Source: an uncultured Oscillospiraceae bacterium
GTDB lineage: Bacteria > Bacillota > Clostridia > Oscillospirales > Oscillospiraceae
DNA: 49,721 bases
Assembly (NCBI GenBank): GCA_964518645.1
Contig: CAZFGL010000002.1
Location: 1-49,721, forward strand
Direction: 5' to 3'
The position numbers and the translations under genes were made by a program. Shown piece after piece: positions 31,975 through 41,180 of this stretch (its first letter is position 1; every line of letters begins with the position of its first letter). The notes under the pieces are model-generated. The model worked only from the letters and a program-made list of their open reading frames with translations. It made no database searches and had not been told where the DNA came from.

Positions 31975-32003
31975 TTGACACTTTTCCGATTTAGTGGGAT
32001 AAT
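31975..32003 (+). promoter_or_regulatory. Putative promoter of proBA
   Basis: TTGACA (31975..31980), a 17-nt spacer, then GATAAT (31998..32003), 32 nt upstream of the proB ATG. Confidence 0.55.
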
Positions 32004-32035
32004 ATATCAAATTATCCTCGAAAGAAGGGGCTCTT

Positions 32036-32806
32036 ATGAGAATCTGCATCAAGGTTGGCACCTCCACACTGGCCCATGCCACCGGCCACCTGAATATCCG
32101 TCAGGTGGAGAAGCTCTGCCGGGTGATCAGCGACCTGAAAAACGCCGGACACGAGATCATCCTGGTATCCTCCGGCGCCATCGGCATGGGCGTTGGAAAG
32201 CTGGGGCTGAAAAGCCGTCCTACAGACATTCCAACCCGTCAGGCCGCCGCCGCTGTGGGTCAGTGCGAACTGATGTATGTATATGATAAATCCTTTGGAG
32301 AATACAATCACACCGTAGCCCAGATGCTGCTGACCCGGGACGACTTTGACCATCCCCAGCGGCTTCAGAATTTCCACAACGCACTGGGGCAGTTGCTGGA
32401 AATGGGGGTTCTCCCCATTATCAATGAAAACGACACGGTGGCAACTGAGGAACTGGGCATCGGTGATAATGATACGCTGGGTGCAATTGTGGCGGTCAAT
32501 GCCAATGCTGACCTGCTGGTGCTTCTGTCCGACATTGAGGGACTTTATACCGCCGACCCCCGGAAGCATCCGGAGGCAACTTTGATCCCGGTGGTTCCCG
32601 AGATTACACCGGATGTTATGGCTCTGGGCGAAGGAAAAGGCTCGGAGCTGGGCACCGGCGGAATGGCCACAAAACTCTCCGCTGCCATGATCGCCACCAG
32701 CCGGGGCTGTGATATGATCATCACCAACGGAAAAAATCCCGAGGTGCTCTACGACATTGCCGAGGGCAAAGCTGTCGGCACCCGCTTTTTGAGAAAGGAG
32801 TCCTGA
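32036..32806 (+). CDS. proB: Glutamate 5-kinase (short form without PUA domain)
   Basis: 256 aa. KVGTSTL..., [18 protein letters not shown] and GDNDTLGA motifs of the amino-acid kinase fold. It is followed 1 nt later by proA. Confidence 0.9.
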   Translation: MRICIKVGTSTLAHATGHLNIRQVEKLCRVISDLKNAGHEIILVSSGAIGMGVGKLGLKSRPTDIPTRQAAAAVGQCELMYVYDKSFGEYNHTVAQMLLTRDDFDHPQRLQNFHNALGQLLEMGVLPIINENDTVATEELGIGDNDTLGAIVAVNANADLLVLLSDIEGLYTADPRKHPEATLIPVVPEITPDVMALGEGKGSELGTGGMATKLSAAMIATSRGCDMIITNGKNPEVLYDIAEGKAVGTRFLRKES

Positions 32807-32807
32807 T

Positions 32808-34064
32808 ATGACCACCAGAGAGATACTGGTTCAGGCAAAGAAAGCCGTTCCCCTCCTTTCCGGCGCTTCCCCGGAACTGAAAAATCAGGCACTTTACGCC
32901 ATGGCCGACGCACTCCTTGCCGGAACAGAAGAGATTCTTCAGGCCAACCGGCAGGATCTGGAGGCCGCAAAGGGGAAAATCAGCGAGGTAATGCTGGATC
33001 GGCTGGCTCTCAGCGAGAACCGCATTGCAGATATGGCCGAAGGCATCCGTCAGGTGGCCGCGCTACCGGATCCTGTGGGAAAGCTCCTCCGGCGGGTGGA
33101 ACGCCCCAACGGTCTGGTGATCGACAAGGTCGCCGTCCCCATGGGCGTGGTGGCCATCATCTATGAATCCCGCCCCAATGTGACCTCTGACGCAGCTGCC
33201 CTGGCGCTGAAAAGCGGAAACGTGTGTGTCCTTCGGGGTGGCAAAGAAGCATTCTCCTCTGCTTCCGCCATTGTCCGTTCCATGCACCGGGGACTTGCAT
33301 CCGTTGGTCTTCCCGCAGCCCTGATCAATCTGGTGGAGGACACCAGCCGTCAGAGTGCCCGGGAACTTATGGAGGCTGTGGGCTATGTGGATCTGCTGAT
33401 CCCCCGGGGCGGCGCCGGTCTGATCCGGGCAGTCACGGAGAACGCCAAGGTCAACTGCATTCAGACCGGTACAGGCATCTGCCATGTCTATGTGGACAGG
33501 GAGGCCGATCAGGTCATGGCCCTTTCCATCATTGAAAATGCAAAAACCAGCCGTCCCTCCGTGTGCAACGCCGAGGAGGTACTGCTGGTACATGAATCCA
33601 TCGGGGCAGAGTTTCTGCCCAAATTAAAGGCGCTGCTTCAGGACGACCGTATTGCTGCCGGGAAGCCCCCGGTACGGCTGCTGGCAGATCCCGCTGCAAA
33701 CCGGTTCCTTCAGACAGAACCTGCCGGGCCGCAGGATTTCGACACGGAATTTCTGGACTATATTCTGGCCGTAAAGCTTGTATCCGGCGTGGAAGAGGCC
33801 ATCGGTCATATTCTGGAGCACTCCACCGGCCACTCTGAGGCCATTATCACCGGGAACCCCCAAACGGCACAGCTGTTCACCCGGTGTGTAGACAGCGCCG
33901 CGGTGTATGTCAACGCCTCCACCCGATTCACCGACGGAGGCGAGTTTGGTCTGGGCTGCGAGATGGGCATCTCCACCCAGAAGCTCCACGCAAGAGGCCC
34001 CATGGGACTTGAGGAACTGGAAACCTACAAATATGTCATTCACGGAACGGGACAGATCCGCTGA
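32808..34064 (+). CDS. proA: Glutamate-5-semialdehyde dehydrogenase (gamma-glutamyl phosphate reductase)
   Basis: 418 aa. [15 protein letters not shown], the catalytic [11 protein letters not shown], and [20 protein letters not shown]. Confidence 0.92.
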   Translation: MTTREILVQAKKAVPLLSGASPELKNQALYAMADALLAGTEEILQANRQDLEAAKGKISEVMLDRLALSENRIADMAEGIRQVAALPDPVGKLLRRVERPNGLVIDKVAVPMGVVAIIYESRPNVTSDAAALALKSGNVCVLRGGKEAFSSASAIVRSMHRGLASVGLPAALINLVEDTSRQSARELMEAVGYVDLLIPRGGAGLIRAVTENAKVNCIQTGTGICHVYVDREADQVMALSIIENAKTSRPSVCNAEEVLLVHESIGAEFLPKLKALLQDDRIAAGKPPVRLLADPAANRFLQTEPAGPQDFDTEFLDYILAVKLVSGVEEAIGHILEHSTGHSEAIITGNPQTAQLFTRCVDSAAVYVNASTRFTDGGEFGLGCEMGISTQKLHARGPMGLEELETYKYVIHGTGQIR

Positions 34065-34080
34065 TCCCCATAAACGGCAG

Positions 34081-34110
34081 GACGCCGGGCAATTTGCCCG
34101 GCGTCTTTGT
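34081..34110 (+). terminator. Terminator after proA (between convergent proA and lipid kinase)
   Basis: 10-bp stem GACGCCGGGC (34081..34090) / GCCCGGCGTC (34096..34105), followed by TTTGTTT. Confidence 0.75.
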
Positions 34111-35016
34111 TTATTTCCACGCATCCACAGGGGAGAAGAACCGCAGCTTTCCCGGCAGCAGGGAGATGGTAAGGTCATTGGTTCTGAGCAGTTCCCCATC
34201 CAGATTCATAGGCTCCGGCTCCGGAGTTATCAGCCGGACAGAGGTTACCCGGTGATGGTCGATCAGGTGGGGATAATCTGCATAAAGCCCCTTCTTATAG
34301 GCCGCGATCACCCGTGCCACCGTCAGACGGGACACCTTCTTGACCACCAGCACATCCAGCAGTCCATCCTGCATATTGGCCTCCGGCACAGGGTGATAGC
34401 CGCCCCCGTACCAGCTTCCGTTACAGACGCAGACCAGCGTCATTTTTTCATCATAAACCGTCCCATCAGGCAGCTCCACCCGACAAGGCTTCACCACGCC
34501 CTTGATCAGATTCACCACCACACTGGCAGTATATGCCCGGGAGCCGGACAGGAAGGGATGGCGGCGGTAAGCATCAATGGCGGTGCCGATTCTGGCGTCA
34601 AAGCCCACAGAGCAGATATTGGTCGCCAGATGGTCCCCCGCCTGCATCAGATCCATCTGGTCAGTCCGGACATTCTGAAAGTTTTCAAGCCGGAAGAACG
34701 CCTCCGGATTCTGAAACTGCTTGATATAGTCATTTCCCGATCCACAGGGAACGCTGGTAAAGGAGAGGTTCTCATACCCCACGCCCCCGGCGATCACCTC
34801 GTTAAAGGATCCGTCGCCACCGCAGGCATAGACCCGGGTCTCCACACAGGTCTGACCGGCTTCCTTCGCCATGCGTTTCAAATCTCCCGGGCAAGCAGAG
34901 ACCTTGATCTCATAGCTCTCCCCCAGTGCGGCACAGAGCTTCTGCGCCCCCTCGGTAATCATCTGTGTTTTATCTGACTTGCCCGCAACGGGATTCACAA
35001 GGAAGAGATGGTGCAT
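34111..35016 (-). CDS. Diacylglycerol kinase-family lipid kinase (DagK/YegS/BmrU-like)
   Basis: 301 aa. MHHLFLVNPVAGK..., the GGDGSFNEV motif, and VPCGSGNDY. Confidence 0.85.
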   Translation of the reverse strand: MHHLFLVNPVAGKSDKTQMITEGAQKLCAALGESYEIKVSACPGDLKRMAKEAGQTCVETRVYACGGDGSFNEVIAGGVGYENLSFTSVPCGSGNDYIKQFQNPEAFFRLENFQNVRTDQMDLMQAGDHLATNICSVGFDARIGTAIDAYRRHPFLSGSRAYTASVVVNLIKGVVKPCRVELPDGTVYDEKMTLVCVCNGSWYGGGYHPVPEANMQDGLLDVLVVKKVSRLTVARVIAAYKKGLYADYPHLIDHHRVTSVRLITPEPEPMNLDGELLRTNDLTISLLPGKLRFFSPVDAWK

Positions 35017-35035
35017 ATTAACATCCTCTTTCGTT

Positions 35036-36388
35036 TCAATTTTTCTCCAGTTTTCTGTATACGGTCAGCAGCATGGTCACAAAGCAGCATGTACCGCCCA
35101 CCACATTGGATATGGCTTCAGCCCAGAACACCCCGGACACCCCGATGAACCGGGGCAGGAAAATGGTCAGGGGAACCACAATGATCACCTTGCGGAAGAT
35201 GGAGAAGAACACCGCCTGCTTGCTCTTGCCCAGAGAGACAAATGTACTCTGCCCGGCAAATTGCAGCGCCATCATAAAGAAGGTGATAAAATACAGATTC
35301 AGTGCAGGGACCGTCGCCTCAATCAGGGCCGGTTCGTCATTAAACAGGGAGATCATAAACTCCGGGAACAGCCGCAGCAGCAGCCACACCAGAAGGGAAT
35401 AGACAATGGCACACAGGGTAATGAACCGGATGCCGGTTTTGACCCGTTTGGGCTTTTTCGCACCGTAGTTAAATCCCAGCACCGGTTCCGCCGCTCCGGT
35501 CAGACCGGTGACCGGCATGGACACGATCTCACGGATAGAGGAGATCACCGTCATGACACCCACATACAGGTCTCCCCCATAGATGGACAGCACCGAGTTG
35601 GAGGCCACTTGCACCACAGAATTGGTCAGCGCCATAACAAAGCCGGAGAACCCCAGAGACAGGATCCGTTTGACCCGTCCCCCCTCCAGCACCATGCAGG
35701 AGAGCTTCAGCCGAAGCTGCGCCTTTTTCCCGGTCAGGAACACCATGACCCACAGCGCCGAAAGTCCCTGGGAGATCACCGTTGCCAGTGCCGCACCCCG
35801 CACCCCCATATCCAGCACAAAAATGAAAATGGGATCCAGCAGAATATTGGCCACTGCACCCACCAGCGTGGTGACCATCCCTGTCCGGGCAAAGCCCTGG
35901 GCGTTGATAAAGCTGTTCATACCCAGAGAAACCAGCACAAACAGGTTGCCCAGCAGGTAGATCCGGCCATAATCCATGGCGTAACCGATGGTGCTGTCAC
36001 TGGCACCGAAGGCGTAGAGCATGGGTCTGAGAAATATCTCTCCCAGCACCGTAAGCATCACCGAAAAGATCAGCAGCAGGGTGAAGGAGTTGCCCATGAT
36101 CTTCTCCGCTTCCTCATAATCCCCCCGGCCCCGTTCAATGGAGCACAGTGGCCCGCCGCCCATGCCGGAAAGCCGGGCAAAGGCCATGACGATGGAGATG
36201 ACCGGCAGACACAGTCCCAAGCCGGTGAGCGCCAGTGCGCCCGCTCCGGGAATATGTCCGATATACATACGGTCTACCACGTTATAGAGAATATTGATGA
36301 GCTGCGCCGTGGTGATCGGCACTGCCATGCGCAGGATGATCTTCCACACGCTGCCCTGAGAAAAGTCATTGGTATTATGTTCTGCCAA
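35036..36388 (-). CDS. MATE family efflux transporter (third in window)
   Basis: Track ORF 35036..36502 runs through a terminator hairpin. I prefer TTG 36388, preceded by AAGAGGGG, which gives (M)AEHNTNDFSQGSVWKIILRMAVPITTAQLINILYNVVDRMYIGH, a typical MATE N-terminus. The exact start is uncertain. Confidence 0.8.
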   Translation of the reverse strand: MAEHNTNDFSQGSVWKIILRMAVPITTAQLINILYNVVDRMYIGHIPGAGALALTGLGLCLPVISIVMAFARLSGMGGGPLCSIERGRGDYEEAEKIMGNSFTLLLIFSVMLTVLGEIFLRPMLYAFGASDSTIGYAMDYGRIYLLGNLFVLVSLGMNSFINAQGFARTGMVTTLVGAVANILLDPIFIFVLDMGVRGAALATVISQGLSALWVMVFLTGKKAQLRLKLSCMVLEGGRVKRILSLGFSGFVMALTNSVVQVASNSVLSIYGGDLYVGVMTVISSIREIVSMPVTGLTGAAEPVLGFNYGAKKPKRVKTGIRFITLCAIVYSLLVWLLLRLFPEFMISLFNDEPALIEATVPALNLYFITFFMMALQFAGQSTFVSLGKSKQAVFFSIFRKVIIVVPLTIFLPRFIGVSGVFWAEAISNVVGGTCCFVTMLLTVYRKLEKN

Positions 36389-36418
36389 GGAAAACCCCTC
36401 TTTTGGTTTTGATATTGC

Positions 36419-36450
36419 AAAAAGACACACCGGAAATCGGTGTGTCTTTA
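36419..36450 (-). terminator. Rho-independent terminator of the thiolase/CoA-transferase operon
   Basis: 12-bp stem AAAGACACACCG (36421..36432) / CGGTGTGTCTTT (36438..36449) with a 5-nt loop. The A-run 36419..36423 gives a U-run on the minus strand. Confidence 0.75.
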
Positions 36451-36478
36451 TCATACATGAAACCTGTGGGAATTGCAA
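36450..36478 (-). promoter_or_regulatory. Putative promoter of MATE-lipid kinase, abutting the preceding terminator
   Basis: The minus strand reads TTGCAA (36478..36473), a 17-nt spacer, then TATGAT (36455..36450). The predicted start site falls inside the 5' arm of the terminator hairpin. Confidence 0.4.
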
Positions 36479-36501
36479 CGGATTTCTGTCCCGAAATCCC
36501 A

Positions 36502-37185
36502 TTATCCCGGCAGTACCATAGGCTTCAGGTCAGGACTGATCTGAAGCTTTGCGCCGGTATTTTTCCGGATTTCCTCCACTGCCGCATCCCGGTCGCCCAG
36601 TTCCGGATTATACTCCATAAGCACAAGGCCACTGGGTGTTACGTCCATAACCGCCAGTTCCGTGACGATCTTATGGACTACCTTGTAGCCGGTAAGGGGC
36701 AGTGTGCATTTTTCCACAATTTTCGGTTTCCCGTTCTGTGCGTGGGTCATGGCGAGGATCACGGATCTTGCACCGTTGACCAGATCCATAGCGCCGCCCA
36801 TGCCGGTGATCTTCTGCCCGGGAATCAACCAGTTACCAAAGCTGCCCTCGCTGTCTGCTTCCAGCGCCCCCAGGACGCAGGCATCTATATGGCCGCCCCG
36901 GATCAGTCCGAAGTTGGTGGCAGAATCCACGATTGCAGCTCCGGGAATGCAGGAGGCGGGCTTACCGGAAGCATCCACCAGATGCATGGGATCCGCAGTC
37001 TCCGGTGTAGGCGCAGGTCCCTGCCCCACAAGTCCCAGCTCTGCATGGAGGGTAATGTCTACCCCCTCCGGGAAGAACCGGGCACACTGGGTGGGAATGC
37101 CGATTCCAAGATTGACCACATAACCGTCCTTCAGTTCCTGAGCGCAGCGGTTTGCGATAATATCCTTTGCACGCTGTTTATCCAC
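36502..37185 (-). CDS. 3-oxoacid / acetate CoA-transferase subunit B (AtoA/CtfB/ScoB-like)
   Basis: 227 aa. GTG start 37185 after GGAGGAG, overlapping the subunit A stop by 8 nt. YVVNLGIGIPT, GGAMDLV and KIVEKCTLPLTG motifs. Confidence 0.9.
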   Translation of the reverse strand: MDKQRAKDIIANRCAQELKDGYVVNLGIGIPTQCARFFPEGVDITLHAELGLVGQGPAPTPETADPMHLVDASGKPASCIPGAAIVDSATNFGLIRGGHIDACVLGALEADSEGSFGNWLIPGQKITGMGGAMDLVNGARSVILAMTHAQNGKPKIVEKCTLPLTGYKVVHKIVTELAVMDVTPSGLVLMEYNPELGDRDAAVEEIRKNTGAKLQISPDLKPMVLPG

Positions 37186-37873
37186 GGCTGCACTCCTCCT
37201 TCACCACAATGTAATCCACCAGCAGTCCGGGGGTCACCACGTTCTCCGGCTCGATCTCACCGGGCTCCACCAGATGCTCCGCCTCCACAATGACGGTATC
37301 CGCTGCCATCGCCATCAGAGGATTGAAGTTCCTGGTGGTGCCTTTATACCAGACGTTGCCCCGGCGATCCACCTTATAGCCGGAGATCACTGCAAAATCT
37401 GCCCGGATGGGCTTCATCAGCAGATAATCCCTGCCCCGGATATTCATCTTCCGGTCTACCCAGGGACTCTCCTCCACCAGCGTTCCCACACCGGTGGGGG
37501 TCAGGATTCCCGGAATTCCCATGCCTCCTGCCCGAATCATCTCCGCAAGGGAGCCCTGAGGCAGCAGTTCCAGCTCCAGTTCCCCTCTGGCCCAGCGGGC
37601 ACTTGCATCGGGATTGGAGCCCACATGGGAACCAATATACTTTTTGATTTTGCCGGAATGGATCAATCTGGCCCAGGCATAATACTCTGAACCATCCGGC
37701 CCGCCTACCAGCGAGCCATCGTCGAAAACACCGATGATGTTCTCCGCGTCACCCTCGTCGATGGCACGGATCACTTCATGGGCGGCCCCACAACCAATAA
37801 ACCCGCCGAACATCACGGTGGAATTGGAGGGGATCAGGGCAGCAGCCTCCCTGGGGGTAATAATTTTGGGCAT
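37178..37873 (-). CDS. 3-oxoacid / acetate CoA-transferase subunit A (AtoD/CtfA/ScoA-like)
   Basis: The track start GTG 37885 lies in the RBS AAGAGGTG. ATG 37873 gives MPKIITPREAAALIPSNSTVMFGGFIGCGAAHE..., the typical subunit A N-terminus. Confidence 0.9.
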   Translation of the reverse strand: MPKIITPREAAALIPSNSTVMFGGFIGCGAAHEVIRAIDEGDAENIIGVFDDGSLVGGPDGSEYYAWARLIHSGKIKKYIGSHVGSNPDASARWARGELELELLPQGSLAEMIRAGGMGIPGILTPTGVGTLVEESPWVDRKMNIRGRDYLLMKPIRADFAVISGYKVDRRGNVWYKGTTRNFNPLMAMAADTVIVEAEHLVEPGEIEPENVVTPGLLVDYIVVKEECSRG

Positions 37874-37949
37874 CGAAAAAAACACCTCTTAATGATATGT
37901 AACTGAAAAAAGGAGGCAGGGTGTCCCGCCTCCAATGTATCCGATCAGA

Positions 37950-39257
37950 TTAGCACTTCTCGAAAATGGTAGCAACACCCATACCGCCACCGATGCACAG
38001 GGTAGCAAGACCCTTCTTAGCCTCGGGACGCTTCTGCATTTCGTGCAGGAGGGTGACAATGATACGAGCGCCGGATGCGCCAACGGGGTGACCGATGGAG
38101 ATAGCGCCGCCGTTTACGTTGACCTTGTCCATGTCGAAGTGGAGCTCACGGGCAACAGCGATGGACTGAGCAGCGAAAGCCTCGTTAGCCTCGATCAGGT
38201 CGATGTCGTCGATGGTGAGGTCAGCCTTCTTCAGAGCGTTACGGGTAGCGGGGATAGGACCGGTGCCCATGATCTTGGGATCAACGCCGCCCTGGCCCCA
38301 GGCAATCAGCTTAGCCATGGGCTTCAGGCCGTACTTCTCAACAGCTTCACCGGAAGCCAGAACGATAGCAGCAGCACCGTCGTTAACGCCGGAAGCGTTA
38401 CCAGCGGTAACTCTGGGCTGACCAGCATCCTCAGCGGGTCCCTTGATCTCGGTAGCGTCGAAGGTCAGCTCAATGGGGCCTTCCACGTTCTTCTCGCCAG
38501 CGGCGATCTTCTTAGCCTGCTCCTGGATAGCAGCGGACTCGGGGCCAACAGGGAAAGCGCCCTTCAGCTTGGACAGGGACTCCATGTTGGTGGAAGCACG
38601 GGGGAACTCGTCAACCTTGAACTCAACGATCTGCTTCTTAACCTTTACGGGAACGGGAACGATCTCGTCGTCGAACTTGCCGGCAGCCTGAGCAGCAGCA
38701 GTCTTAGCCTGAGAAGCAGCAGCGAACTCGTCCAGATCGGTACGGGTGATGCCCCACAGGTCGCAGATGTTCTCAGCGGTGGTGCCCATGTGGTAGTTGT
38801 AGTAAGCATCCCACAGGCCGTCCTTAACCATGGTGTCAACCATCTTGGTGTCGAACATACGAGCGCCGCCACGAGCGGAAGGCATAGCATAGGGAGCCAT
38901 GGTCATGTTCTCAGTGCCGCCACAGACAACAACGTCAGCGTCGCCGGCGAGAATGGAACGACCAGCCTCGATAACAGACTTCATGCCGGAGCCGCAGACC
39001 ATGCCTACGGTGTAAGCGGGAACGGACAGGGGCAGACCAGCCTTGATGCAGACCTGGCGAGCCACGTTCTGGCCCTGGTTTGCAGTCAGGATGGAGCCGA
39101 ACATAACCTCGTCCACGTTCTCGGGAGCGATGCCGGCGCGCTTTACAGCTTCTTTTACAACAATTGCGCCCATGTCAGCGGGAGCAACATTGGTCAGGCT
39201 GCCCTGGAACTTGCCAACAGCAGTTCTGCAGCAGCTTACGACGTATAATTCTTTCAT
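37950..39257 (-). CDS. Acetyl-CoA C-acetyltransferase (thiolase II) with an internal ~45-aa insertion
   Basis: 435 aa. VCGSGMKS (nucleophilic Cys), NEAFAAQ, GGAISIGHPVGASGARI and CIGGGMG. It is longer than the ~390 aa typical of this family. Confidence 0.92.
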   Translation of the reverse strand: MKELYVVSCCRTAVGKFQGSLTNVAPADMGAIVVKEAVKRAGIAPENVDEVMFGSILTANQGQNVARQVCIKAGLPLSVPAYTVGMVCGSGMKSVIEAGRSILAGDADVVVCGGTENMTMAPYAMPSARGGARMFDTKMVDTMVKDGLWDAYYNYHMGTTAENICDLWGITRTDLDEFAAASQAKTAAAQAAGKFDDEIVPVPVKVKKQIVEFKVDEFPRASTNMESLSKLKGAFPVGPESAAIQEQAKKIAAGEKNVEGPIELTFDATEIKGPAEDAGQPRVTAGNASGVNDGAAAIVLASGEAVEKYGLKPMAKLIAWGQGGVDPKIMGTGPIPATRNALKKADLTIDDIDLIEANEAFAAQSIAVARELHFDMDKVNVNGGAISIGHPVGASGARIIVTLLHEMQKRPEAKKGLATLCIGGGMGVATIFEKC

Positions 39258-39320
39258 TGGAAACTACCTCCATATTCATTTGCCTCAAAAAAGGGCACTA
39301 TTTAGGTTTTACCACAGATT

Positions 39321-39349
39321 ATTATACGGCACAATTCCTCAAACGTCAA
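39321..39349 (-). promoter_or_regulatory. Putative promoter of the thiolase/CoA-transferase operon
   Basis: The minus strand reads TTGACG (39349..39344), a 17-nt spacer, then TATAAT (39326..39321), about 64 nt upstream of ATG 39257. Confidence 0.55.
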
Positions 39350-39390
39350 CTATTCTTCCTTGACCGCTCCTATTTTTTGTGACCGGAGAG

Positions 39391-39436
39391 AAAAAGAGGC
39401 GCCCTCCCCCGGTTTCCCGAGGGACAGCGCCCCATT
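39391..39436 (-). terminator. Probable terminator of the ABC exporter pair
   Basis: GC-rich interrupted stem GGCG+CCCTC (39398..39406) / GAGGG..CGCC (39419..39431). The A-run 39391..39395 gives a U-run on the minus strand. It follows the stop at 39444. Confidence 0.5.
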
Positions 39437-39443
39437 TTTTCGA

Positions 39444-41180
39444 TTATCGCTCCCGAAGCTGAAGATCGTAAAGCTTTTTGTAAATACCGTTCTCCCGGAG
39501 CAGCTCCTGATGGGTTCCCTGCTCCCGCAGTTTGCCCTTGTGCATGACCATGATTTTGTCTGCATGCTGAATGGTGGAAAGCCGGTGCGCCACCACAATG
39601 GTGGTACGGCCTGCCATCAGTCTTGCCATGGCATCCTGAATCAGCTGTTCGGTCTCCGTGTCGATATTGGCGGTGGCCTCATCCATTACCAGAATAGCGG
39701 GGTCATAGGCCAGGGTTCTGGCAAAACTCAGCAGCTGCCGCTGACCAGCGGAAAGGGTAGAGCCACGCTCGGTGACGGCCTCCTCATAGCCGTGCTCCAG
39801 ATTCCGGATGAAGCTGTCTGCATTGACAAATTTGGCCGCAGCCACAACATCCTCGTCAGAGATGGAATCATCATTGAGCCGGATATTGCTCTTAATGTCC
39901 CCGGTGAACAGGAATACATCCTGCTGCACCTGTCCCACGGCCCGGCGGATGCTGTCTGTATCCAGCTCCCGAATATCCACGCCGTCAATGGTAATGCTGC
40001 CCTTCTGAATGTCGTAATACCGGCCGATCAGATTCAGAATGGAGCTTTTGCCTGCGCCGGTGGCACCCACAAATGCAACGGTCTGTCCCGGCTCGATCAC
40101 AAAGCTCACATCCCGCAGCACCCACTCCTCGTTGTCATAGGAGAACCACACATGGTCGAATACGATTCTTCCCTTCGGCTCTGTGAGCATTTTGGGATGC
40201 TCCGGAGGAACCACCTGAGGCTCCTCGTCCAGCAGGGCGAAGATCTTCTCACCGGAGGCAATGGCAGACTGAAGGGTGCTGAACTGGTCAGACAGAGACT
40301 GGATAGGCTCAAAGAAGGAGCGAACATAGCTCTGGAAGATATACAGCGTACCAATGGAAATGGTGCCGTCCAGCACCTGAATGCCACCTATCCCCAGCAC
40401 TGCTGCCAGAGAGATGATGGAAATCAGATAGATCAGGGGACGGAAGGTTCCGTATACCACAATTTCCCGAAAATTGGACTGGAAGAGGTCCTCAGAGCGC
40501 TGCCGGAACTCGTGCTGCTTCTCCTTTTCCCGGTCGAACACCTGGATCAGTTTCATGGCAGAGATGTTCTCAGACAGATAGGTATTCAGGGCAGACACCT
40601 TGGTACGGGTGATCCGGTGGGTGGAACGATACAGCCCTGTAAATATCCGGGTCAGATACGCCACCAGCGGGAGCAGTACAAACGAAACCAGCGCCAGCTT
40701 CCACTGAAGGTAGAGCATGACCCCTGCGATTCCCAGAATCATGACCACATTCTTGATCATGCTCACCAGAATGGAGGAGAACAGTTCGTTCAGAGTCTCC
40801 ACGTCATTGGTGATCCGGGTTACGATCCGTCCCACCGGGGTAATATCGAAGAACCGGAGGGAGAGCTTGTGGACATGCTGGAACAGCTCGTTCCGCAGAT
40901 CATAGATGATCCCCTGCCCCAGCTTTTGCAGCAGGAGCATCTGGGCCGCATTGCACACACTGCCCAGAAGCAGCAGTCCAATATAGACCGCAAAGTATTT
41001 CACAATGGTGGAGAACACCCCGCCGCCAGTGATGGCATCCATGGCATCACCGATGAGAATGGGACGGATCAGATCCGCCACTGTAACGATCAGTACCAGA
41101 GCCAGAGTTCCCAGCAAATAGGCAATATGGGGCTTTAAATATTTCAGAAGCCGCAGGAGTACGCTTTTCTTATTCTGCAT
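39444..41180 (-). CDS. ABC transporter permease/ATP-binding protein (exporter half, type ABCB-like)
   Basis: Start taken at ATG 41180 (MQNKKSVLLRLLKYLKPHIAYLL...), overlapping the upstream gene's stop region (41170). Six-TM domain, Walker A GATGAGKSS, signature LSAGQRQLL and Walker B ILVMDEAT. Confidence 0.9.
   Translation of the reverse strand: MQNKKSVLLRLLKYLKPHIAYLLGTLALVLIVTVADLIRPILIGDAMDAITGGGVFSTIVKYFAVYIGLLLLGSVCNAAQMLLLQKLGQGIIYDLRNELFQHVHKLSLRFFDITPVGRIVTRITNDVETLNELFSSILVSMIKNVVMILGIAGVMLYLQWKLALVSFVLLPLVAYLTRIFTGLYRSTHRITRTKVSALNTYLSENISAMKLIQVFDREKEKQHEFRQRSEDLFQSNFREIVVYGTFRPLIYLISIISLAAVLGIGGIQVLDGTISIGTLYIFQSYVRSFFEPIQSLSDQFSTLQSAIASGEKIFALLDEEPQVVPPEHPKMLTEPKGRIVFDHVWFSYDNEEWVLRDVSFVIEPGQTVAFVGATGAGKSSILNLIGRYYDIQKGSITIDGVDIRELDTDSIRRAVGQVQQDVFLFTGDIKSNIRLNDDSISDEDVVAAAKFVNADSFIRNLEHGYEEAVTERGSTLSAGQRQLLSFARTLAYDPAILVMDEATANIDTETEQLIQDAMARLMAGRTTIVVAHRLSTIQHADKIMVMHKGKLREQGTHQELLRENGIYKKLYDLQLRER

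Noticed and set aside
31926-32035. T-box or other leader riboswitch upstream of proBA
   Set aside because: Only ~30 nt separate the predicted -10 from the proB ATG. That is far too short for a T-box (about 200 nt or more), and no specifier or antiterminator structure is visible.
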